Origin: Candidatus Niyogibacteria bacterium RIFCSPLOWO2_01_FULL_45_48
GTDB lineage: Bacteria > Patescibacteriota > Minisyncoccia > HO2-45-28
Direction of reading: 5' to 3'
Assembly (NCBI GenBank): GCA_001819395.1
Contig: MHMQ01000033.1
Coordinates: 1-45,635 of the forward strand
Length of the DNA stretch: 45,635 bases
Shown here: piece after piece, positions 39,589 to 45,635 of the stretch
Numbering within the stretch: position 1 is the first letter of the stretch
Layout of the letters: each line of letters opens with the position of its first letter
Program-made: the position numbers and the translations under genes
Notes under the pieces: model-generated
Databases searched by the model: none
Told to the model about the DNA's origin: nothing
Seen by the model: the letters and a program-made list of their open reading frames with translations, nothing else

Positions 39589-40587
39589 TTCGCTCGGCCC
39601 GATTATTATGTCATCTGGGGCGTCGGCCGGCAGAAGGCTCTCCTCTTTAGCGTGGGACAAAAGTACTCCCACCGCTTCAACCTCTTTTTCTCCCCATTCC
39701 GAATAAATAAACTCCGGAGCGTTTTCGCGCAGCAGTTTTTTGGTTTCCTCGGAATTAAGGCCGTTTTTTTCCAGAAACTCTTTGATGCCCGGGATTGACT
39801 CGTCGGTTAGGAGTTCCGGCGTATCTTTTATAAGCTGTGCTGTTTCGTTGCTGGCCTCTACGAATCTTTTGACTGTTCTCCTATTTTCTTTGACGCGAAG
39901 CCAGTCTTCAAAAGCGACCATTACCACGAACGGATGGCTCGTGTTGTGGCTTTCTTCCCAAATTTTTTCAAGATCGGCCACAAATCTAAACTCCCCGCTT
40001 GCAAAAAGCGAGGCCGCCGTCGGATACGAAACCATTGCCGCGTCAGCCCGTCCTTCTCGCACCAGTTTAACCATTTCCGGTATCGGGCCGAAGGTAAGAC
40101 TCAAGTCGGTGTCCGGATTTATCCCGACGTGCAGCAGGATGAGGGCAAGCGAGCTGTAGGCGGCCGTGGCTTTTGGCAACACCCCCACCCTTTTTCCTTT
40201 TAAGTCTTCAAGCGTTCGTATGTTTGAATCGTTTCTTACCGCAATATAGTAGTTCATTTGAAGCTCAGCCGAAAGAATTCTAACCTTTTTATCTTCAAGA
40301 TTTGCTTTGGATGCCACCAGAGGCGACATTCCTCCAAGACCCCCGGTTTCTCCGCTGAAAAACCTCCTTTCCAGCTCTCCCGGATCAAACACCGGAAAAT
40401 CAATATCCAAACCGTGTTTTTTGTCCAGGCCGAAATGTTTCATTATTATATATTTCATTTCGGTTACAGTTCCTCTGGGCGTTCCTCGGCTGATTTTGAT
40501 TATCCGCACGTTCTCGTACCAGTACCAATAACCTATGCCGGCGATTATCACCGCTATCAGAATCCATAAAATATATTTGTTTTTCAT
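39583..40587 (-). CDS. membrane-anchored ABC-type substrate-binding protein (NMT1/SsuA-like)
   Basis: 334 aa with an N-terminal TM helix and a type 2 periplasmic-binding-fold layout (..KGKRVGVLPKATAAYS..). No permease or ATPase gene is adjacent. Confidence 0.5.
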   Translation of the reverse strand: MKNKYILWILIAVIIAGIGYWYWYENVRIIKISRGTPRGTVTEMKYIIMKHFGLDKKHGLDIDFPVFDPGELERRFFSGETGGLGGMSPLVASKANLEDKKVRILSAELQMNYYIAVRNDSNIRTLEDLKGKRVGVLPKATAAYSSLALILLHVGINPDTDLSLTFGPIPEMVKLVREGRADAAMVSYPTAASLFASGEFRFVADLEKIWEESHNTSHPFVVMVAFEDWLRVKENRRTVKRFVEASNETAQLIKDTPELLTDESIPGIKEFLEKNGLNSEETKKLLRENAPEFIYSEWGEKEVEAVGVLLSHAKEESLLPADAPDDIIIGPSEL

Positions 40588-40645
40588 GTTTATATTATGA
40601 CACGTCTTTTAAAAATGTCCCAACTTTGATAGAGTTATTTTGTTT

Positions 40646-40716
40646 GGGCCTATGGTCTAGTGGTACGACGCCACATTCGCATTGTGGAGACGGCAGTTCG
40701 ATTCTGCCTAGGTCCA
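40646..40716 (+). tRNA. tRNA-Ala (anticodon CGC)
   Basis: Hand-folded: acceptor GGGCCTA/TAGGTCC with the G3-U70 identity pair, anticodon arm CCACA-TTCGCAT-TGTGG, T-arm GGCAG-TTCGATT-CTGCC. No encoded CCA. Confidence 0.85.
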
Positions 40717-40726
40717 AAATTAAATT

Positions 40727-42778
40727 TTATATCTCCCTGAATTCCGGGAGGCGCTCGATTACATTGAGCGGAATATTTACTGTGTCCGAAACTCCTCCGC
40801 CGGTCCCTCGGATTCTTATCGTGTATCCGCCAGTCGCGGTTGTCCTTGGTATAGTCACCCAGAAATCAACTGTTTTGGGGTAAGGCGCTGAAAGATTTGC
40901 CGTTGACGCTCCGCTTGTTCCGAAATAAGCCGTTCCGCCTGCTGGCATGCCGGCGGGTTCGACTGAAAGACCAACGTTGGCATCAAAGAGATTGAGCGGG
41001 TTTACGGTTATCTGGATTTTGTTTGACTCCGCAAGCGGATTTACCGAAACTCCGGCCTCAAGATTTCCGCTTTTTGAGAGGGTGAAATATCGAGGGGGTT
41101 CAAGAATTGTTAAAAGAGGAGTGCCTATGGCATTTGTTGCCGACAAGCTGTCGCGCTCCGTTATTACTTTTGGCCTGAAATTGCATGTTCCGCCGCCGGC
41201 AGAGCAGGTGAAAGTATGCGGACGCGAAAGCGAGGGCGAATTTACCGCCTCGCATTTAACCCCGTTTGAGTTTTCACTGCAGGTTCCTGAGGGCGTTGAT
41301 GCCGAAGAAGGCAGTGGGCCGCAGCGGTTATCGTTTTCGGCAACGTTAACGTGGTCTGTCGGGTTCGGACAGCTCCACCACAAGGAATAATTTATTTTCC
41401 CAATCGCCGTTCCGCTCGTGTTTGCCGTAAGTGTGGTGGTGTAACTTGAGGCTGTTCCCGGAGGCGGTAGCGGGTTTGCCGAAAGCGCGACCGACAGCGT
41501 TGGAGCGGCGACATTGACCCTTACCGAATCCGAGGCCGAGCCGAGCGCGCCCGTGCAGGAAATTGAATATGTTTGCGAGGATTGAAGCGGGCCGGTTGAT
41601 TGATTGCCTGATGTTCCTGGAGCGAACAATGTTCCGTCTTTGGAAACGGAACACGAACCGCTGTATTGAGGAAATTGCGAACCGAGTTGGGGCGCATAGA
41701 CAGATGTCCAGGAAATGGTTTCCGATTGGTAATAGCCAATACTAATCGGCCCGTCGGAGCCGCTGGCCTTAATGTCGGCCGAGGGCAACGGGTCGGAAAC
41801 GGTTATGGTTCTGGACTTAGAGTCATTTCCGCCGGGGCCGGAACAACCTAGTGTATAAGTGTGGTTGCCAACGCTCGGAGGCGTTACGCTTTGCGAGCCG
41901 GTTGTTGATTTTCCGCCAGACCAAGCGCCGGAAGCCGAACAGGAGACATTGGTTCCGGTTACATCCCAAGAAAGAGTTGAAGATTCGCCCAATCGGATGT
42001 CAGTGCGACTTGCAGATAATGAAACAGACGGCGGGACAGGAGGCGCAACATTTATGTTTACGGTTTTTATTGCGGGGGCGCTTGTTCCATCTTGCGCAAG
42101 ACAAGTCAGTATGTAGTTTTTATTTGAAGTCAGCGTTCCGGTGTTTTCTGCGCCGGCTATGGGTTTAGTCCCCGACCAGTCTCCGGAGGCGACGCAAGGC
42201 GAAACGGTGTTGGCCGACGACCAGCGAAGCGTGGTTGCGCCGCCATATGGAATATTCGTGTTGTCGGCAGTGAAGGTAAGGGTGGGCGGTTGAACGACTT
42301 GCTGGTAGTTGCCGCCCGGGAACGTGAATTGAAGTTTCATTCCGCTTGCAAATCTATCGTCAACTCCACCGCCTTTGGTGTGCCTCCATTGGTAGTTTAT
42401 TGTCAGGATTTTATTTTGATAGCTGACGCCGTTGATGGATATGAAGCACCAATAGGGCGTCCCGCCATCGTCCCCGCATCTGCTGTTGAGCAGAGTTCCC
42501 GCGAAGTTCATGTTGAAGAAAGGAGGACTTCCAAAGCCCGCGGCGGCCAGATTGCCGCCATCCTCATACAACGAGTAAGAATAGTAACTCAACCGAGTGC
42601 TTGCGGGGATGATCACTTCCGGGTAAGAGCGAAGGTCAATGGTGGCCGTTCCTGGACCACTGTAAAGCGGCTGGATTGTGGTTGTTATGGCGGGAATCGA
42701 GACGGAAGTTTGTGCCTGGGCCATCCCGAAAGCGGCCGCAAGTGCTAGAGGTATAAGTATAAGGTAGATTTTTTTCAT
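40727..42778 (-). CDS. large secreted protein with repeated two-Cys Ig-like modules
   Basis: 683 aa with a signal peptide. At least three repeats follow the pattern ..L.WSS.N..SC.ASG.WSG.K...G......Y.L.C.G..G......V.V. Confidence 0.65.
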   Translation of the reverse strand: MKKIYLILIPLALAAAFGMAQAQTSVSIPAITTTIQPLYSGPGTATIDLRSYPEVIIPASTRLSYYSYSLYEDGGNLAAAGFGSPPFFNMNFAGTLLNSRCGDDGGTPYWCFISINGVSYQNKILTINYQWRHTKGGGVDDRFASGMKLQFTFPGGNYQQVVQPPTLTFTADNTNIPYGGATTLRWSSANTVSPCVASGDWSGTKPIAGAENTGTLTSNKNYILTCLAQDGTSAPAIKTVNINVAPPVPPSVSLSASRTDIRLGESSTLSWDVTGTNVSCSASGAWSGGKSTTGSQSVTPPSVGNHTYTLGCSGPGGNDSKSRTITVSDPLPSADIKASGSDGPISIGYYQSETISWTSVYAPQLGSQFPQYSGSCSVSKDGTLFAPGTSGNQSTGPLQSSQTYSISCTGALGSASDSVRVNVAAPTLSVALSANPLPPPGTASSYTTTLTANTSGTAIGKINYSLWWSCPNPTDHVNVAENDNRCGPLPSSASTPSGTCSENSNGVKCEAVNSPSLSRPHTFTCSAGGGTCNFRPKVITERDSLSATNAIGTPLLTILEPPRYFTLSKSGNLEAGVSVNPLAESNKIQITVNPLNLFDANVGLSVEPAGMPAGGTAYFGTSGASTANLSAPYPKTVDFWVTIPRTTATGGYTIRIRGTGGGVSDTVNIPLNVIERLPEFREI

Positions 42779-42786
42779 GTTCTTGT

Positions 42787-43596
42787 TTAATTTATCTCTA
42801 CAATAGCGATGCTTGCGGCCTCAAAAGAAGTATTTTCGATAATGTTTACGAAATCTTTACTGCCCACAACGACCTGGGCGCCCACGCTGATGTCTTCAGG
42901 GGCGGCTTTTTCGGAGGATGCGATCTTGGTGATCTTGGTTTTGCCGGTAATAAGGACTTTGCGCAACGCTCCCTTGGGGAGATATTTTCCTTCCGGCGCG
43001 TAGTTTTGTCCGGTTCTCGTGATCGCGTCGTTTGCGCTCACGATTATATAGTCGCCGTCCTTTTCGGTCACAACCCCGCTGAACGTAGCCTTAAAAATAT
43101 CCGGCACGTCTCCAACGACCTGCTCCCCGTAAATTATTGCCGGTTTTTCCGGCAATATACTGACGGCAGTGGCCATTTTTTCCTGAACGGTCGTGTCCGT
43201 TGTAAACTCTCCTTGTATAACAACGCCGTCTCCTATTTGAATATTATCGAAATCGGCCTTTTTAAACATCGCGGCCCGGCTTTGGTTTTCGGTCTCCGGC
43301 TGTATTATCCTCTGAATAATGGCTTCGTCGGCTATATAAAATGTTTTTCTTATTCCGGGCGGTATAAGCTGGTCCTCGGCCGAAGCTATGGTTATTGTTC
43401 TTAAAGCGTCGTCCTTTCCAACAACATCTCCGGAAACAAAACTAAAGGTTTGGTACTGAGACTCTTTGGGCTGATACAGGAAAAAGTAATACAACGCTAC
43501 ACCGGCAACCGCAATAACAGCCACAATCATCAAAGCCGGAACATTTTTCTTCTGGCTCATTGTTTCGTTGTTATTATTTTCCCGAATCTCCTCCAT
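42787..43596 (-). CDS. membrane-anchored hypothetical protein
   Basis: 269 aa with one TM helix near the N-terminus and a beta-rich ectodomain. Confidence 0.6.
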   Translation of the reverse strand: MEEIRENNNNETMSQKKNVPALMIVAVIAVAGVALYYFFLYQPKESQYQTFSFVSGDVVGKDDALRTITIASAEDQLIPPGIRKTFYIADEAIIQRIIQPETENQSRAAMFKKADFDNIQIGDGVVIQGEFTTDTTVQEKMATAVSILPEKPAIIYGEQVVGDVPDIFKATFSGVVTEKDGDYIIVSANDAITRTGQNYAPEGKYLPKGALRKVLITGKTKITKIASSEKAAPEDISVGAQVVVGSKDFVNIIENTSFEAASIAIVEIN

Positions 43597-43607
43597 TGTT
43601 TTTATTA

Positions 43608-43913
43608 TTAGTCCGCCGTTTTCTTCTTAAAAAATAACTCCCAAAACCTGGGATGGTCAACTACCAGTTCGCTAAACACGGCGAAAGGCAGGGCGACAAT
43701 AAAAGCGACCCAAATGACCCCCAAATCTATTTTAGCGTCAGTTGCGAAGAAAATAGCAATTAAGTCCTCTATTATTCCCAAGAGTACTCCGATAATCAAA
43801 AACTCAATAAACCTAAGCTTTTTAGCGCTCAATAATTTTATTATACACAGATAAACCAAAACAAGCTTGTGTATAATTATCTTATTGATTTTGTGGTTTC
43901 TGGCCAGTTTCAC
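43608..43913 (-). CDS. small membrane protein (start uncertain)
   Basis: 101-aa ORF with a GTG start and two or three hydrophobic helices. No family recognised. Confidence 0.4.
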   Translation of the reverse strand: MKLARNHKINKIIIHKLVLVYLCIIKLLSAKKLRFIEFLIIGVLLGIIEDLIAIFFATDAKIDLGVIWVAFIVALPFAVFSELVVDHPRFWELFFKKKTAD

Positions 43914-43939
43914 GTTTTACAAACCTGTTTTTATTACTA

Positions 43940-43956
43940 CTCAAACTTAGTTTGGG
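43940..43956. repeat. hairpin repeat family P2, copy 1 (CTCAAAC-TTA-GTTTGGG)
   Basis: 7-3-7 hairpin with one T-G position in the stem. Confidence 0.8.
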
Positions 43957-44043
43957 GACGGCTGTAACGGACATATGCGCTATTGGACAGACAACATGAC
44001 TCATTTTTATGTCCATTATAACTGTTTTATGTCTTCAATTTGA

Positions 44044-44060
44044 CCCAAACTTAGTTTGGG
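44044..44060. repeat. hairpin repeat family P2, copy 2 (CCCAAAC-TTA-GTTTGGG)
   Basis: Perfect hairpin. It sits between TTGACC (44040-44045) and TATAAT (44064-44069) upstream of the second Y1-transposase-like gene. Confidence 0.9.
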
Positions 44061-44093
44061 TAGTATAATTACTTTGTTTCATATGAAACATTT

Positions 44094-44735
44094 ATGAGAA
44101 ATCACCAATTTATTAAAGGAGAATTTTATCATGTTTATATTCATGCTATTGAGGGCAGAAATTTATTCAATAACACAGAGGATTATGAAAGATTCATCAC
44201 TACCCTTTTTGCTGCCAACGGAACCAAGTCGGTTCCAAGAATAGAAGGCTCAAACTACCTAAACTTAGTTTGGGATATAAGGGATGGCGATGTCGACGTG
44301 GGGGAAGAAATGGTAGATATTGTTGGTTTTTGTTGCAATCCTACTCACGCACACCTGGTTTTAGGCGAAAGAGAAGAAGGAAATATCTCCAGATTTATGC
44401 ACAAATCTCAAGTCAGCTATGCAAAATATTACAATATTAAACACGATCGGCGCGGCCACCTGTTTGAGAGAAACTTTAACTCCAAACACTTACAAGATAA
44501 CGAGTATTTGCTTAGCGTTTCGTGCTATGTTCATCTTAATCCAAAGGATACAAAAGAATGGTCCGGCAAAGAGTATTTATATCCTTGGTCGAGTTATCAG
44601 GATTATGCAATAAAAAACAGGTGGGGCCGTTTATTAAAAACAGACATTGTTTTGTCTCAATTTAATAATAATGATGAGTATAAACTTTTTGTTGAACAGT
44701 ATAAAGACGGTGATCTTGAAGAAGTTTCACGTTAA
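44094..44735 (+). CDS. HUH/Y1 tyrosine transposase-like protein (IS200 / RAYT-like), second divergent paralog
   Basis: 213 aa. EFYHVYIHA, HUH motif THAHLVL, GHLFERNFNSK, and Tyr motif SCYVHLNP. The gene is flanked by P2 hairpins. Confidence 0.75.
   Translation: MRNHQFIKGEFYHVYIHAIEGRNLFNNTEDYERFITTLFAANGTKSVPRIEGSNYLNLVWDIRDGDVDVGEEMVDIVGFCCNPTHAHLVLGEREEGNISRFMHKSQVSYAKYYNIKHDRRGHLFERNFNSKHLQDNEYLLSVSCYVHLNPKDTKEWSGKEYLYPWSSYQDYAIKNRWGRLLKTDIVLSQFNNNDEYKLFVEQYKDGDLEEVSR
44258..44274. repeat. hairpin repeat family P2, copy 3, inside the CDS (CCTAAAC-TTA-GTTTGGG)
   Basis: Read in frame as (Y)LNLVW(D) within 44094-44735. Confidence 0.85.
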
Positions 44736-44750
44736 ACATTTTATGACGCA

Positions 44751-44767
44751 CCTAAACTAAGTTTGGG
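44751..44767. repeat. hairpin repeat family P2, copy 4 (CCTAAAC-TAA-GTTTGGG, inverted loop)
   Basis: Located between the Y1-transposase-like stop and the yraN start. Confidence 0.85.
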
Positions 44768-44778
44768 AAAACTGGAAA

Positions 44779-45168
44779 ATGATTTCTGAAAAGAGAAAGT
44801 TGGGGAATACGGGGGAAGATTTTTGTGTGAAACATCTTGTGAAACAAGGGTATGATATTCTAGATAGAAATTATCTTAAAAAATGGGGCGAAATAGATAT
44901 GGTGGCTAAAAAAGACGGGGTTATTCATTTTGTTGAAGTTAAAACGAAAGAATTGGAAAGTTTCATGTGGAACAGTTTGGAGAATTATGATCCGGAAGAA
45001 AATGTGCATCCGTGGAAATTAAAACGGCTTTCGCGCGCGATACAGACATATTTGATAGAAAAAAATGTTGATGATGAAACCGAGTGGCAGGTTGATGTCG
45101 CGGCTGTTTTTCTTGATTTTGAGGCCAAAAAAGCTACGATTAGAATTACCGAGGATATTGGCTTGTAA
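44779..45168 (+). CDS. yraN: YraN-family (UPF0102) PD-(D/E)xK endonuclease-like protein
   Basis: 129 aa. G.TGEDFCVKHLVKQGYDILDRNY....GEIDMVAKKDGVIHFVEVKT matches the YraN pattern. Confidence 0.75.
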   Translation: MISEKRKLGNTGEDFCVKHLVKQGYDILDRNYLKKWGEIDMVAKKDGVIHFVEVKTKELESFMWNSLENYDPEENVHPWKLKRLSRAIQTYLIEKNVDDETEWQVDVAAVFLDFEAKKATIRITEDIGL

Positions 45169-45172
45169 TCTA

Positions 45173-45189
45173 CCCAAACTAAGTTTGGG
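45173..45189. repeat. hairpin repeat family P2, copy 5 (CCCAAAC-TAA-GTTTGGG, inverted loop)
   Basis: With its inward flank it forms a 20-nt inverted repeat (CCCAAACTTAGTTTGGGTAG) with copy 2. Confidence 0.9.
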
Positions 45190-45211
45190 AGGTTTGGGAG
45201 AGTGGGATTAG

Positions 45212-45282
45212 CGGGGTGTAGTATACCGGTAGTACGCCTGCTTTGGGAGCAGGTAGACCGAGTTCGATTCTCGGCACCCCGA
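45212..45282 (+). tRNA. tRNA-Pro (anticodon TGG)
   Basis: Hand-folded: acceptor CGGGGTG/CACCCCG, anticodon arm CCTGC-TTTGGGA-GCAGG (G37), T-arm CCGAG-TTCGATT-CTCGG. No encoded CCA. Confidence 0.85.
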
Positions 45283-45464
45283 CACAGTTTATTTACATAA
45301 AATTAACTCTTTATTAACAGGTTGTTTTTGTTGTCCTTGCTTTGTTTTTTGGTATTGACACATTATGGTTTTTATTGTATAGACTTGCTTTTTTGCATTG
45401 CATATGGTATGGTGTGCGTACAAAGGTCGGTGTTCTTTTTTTGTCAGCTTAACTAATTACTTTT

Positions 45465-45572
45465 ATGGCTAATTGTCCAAAGTGCAACACCGAGGTTGAA
45501 GATATGGATCAGCACATGGCGGAAGCTCATGCCGAAGGAGGCGCTGAGCAGTCTGCCGGTGAGGGTCAATAA
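45465..45572 (+). CDS. possible 35-aa CxxC micro-protein (MANCPKCNTEVEDMDQHMAEAHAEGGAEQSAGEGQ)
   Basis: ATG-to-TAA ORF below the track cutoff. No clear SD, and only a weak upstream promoter (TTGACA 45355-45360, 17 nt, TATAGA). Confidence 0.2.
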   Translation: MANCPKCNTEVEDMDQHMAEAHAEGGAEQSAGEGQ

Positions 45573-45635
45573 TTTAACCCCGACCATTGGTTGACCTTGT
45601 TTGTTTAGCTTTTGGTCGTTAAAATCACCCCGCAG

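Noticed and set aside
40626-40883. 85-aa plus-strand ORF
   Set aside because: It overlaps the well-folded tRNA-Ala(CGC) and the 3' end of the large secreted-protein gene on the other strand.
8625-45189. CRISPR array
   Set aside because: The repeats are short palindromes at irregular spacing, and several lie inside genes. There is no regular repeat-spacer periodicity and no cas genes.

Overview
This 45.6-kb chromosomal window covers a replication-origin neighbourhood: dnaN<-dnaA<- | ->rpmH-rnpA-yidC-jag. The genome appears small and moderate in GC. Its gene content includes a short YidC, tightly overlapping genes, tRNA genes with no encoded CCA, and a ten-gene PrgI/VirB4/VirB6/pilin-like operon rich in secreted proteins. 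That content best fits a Patescibacteria/CPR-type bacterium, which is an inference.

Housekeeping genes: PBP1A (5'-truncated), DUF721-like, dnaN, dnaA, rpmH (missing from the ORF track), rnpA, yidC, jag, rsmA, pcrA, a LysM-M23 peptidase, comM/yifB, a dksA-like gene, pnp, a NYN-domain gene, rpsO, a Xer recombinase, a transaldolase-family gene, a saccharopine-dehydrogenase-like gene, cca, yraN, and four tRNAs (Arg-TCG, Pro-CGG, Ala-CGC, Pro-TGG).

Accessory content: the T4SS-like operon (9444-20193, minus strand), two type II toxin-antitoxin pairs, a TrmB-family regulator, two small GC-rich membrane-protein ORFs driven by consensus sigma70 promoters, and a ~780-bp non-coding stretch with divergent consensus promoters. 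That stretch holds a candidate ~280-nt RNA and a ~300-nt structured leader.

The most unusual signal is a set of short perfect hairpin repeats, mostly a 9-bp stem with a 3-nt loop.
- Two divergent HUH/Y1 (IS200/RAYT-like) genes are each bracketed by their own hairpin family. Each also carries one in-frame copy inside its own coding sequence.
- rsmA carries two in-frame 48-nt palindromic insertions plus a 23-nt perfect hairpin.
- A third hairpin family supplies the stop codon of the dksA-like gene.
- The tRNA-Pro(CGG) gene sits inside a long inverted repeat, between a 5'-half and a 3'-half tRNA-Pro fragment.

All calls come from reading the sequence and recalling family motifs. No searches or folding were run, and the by-eye scan for hairpins inside coding regions is not exhaustive.
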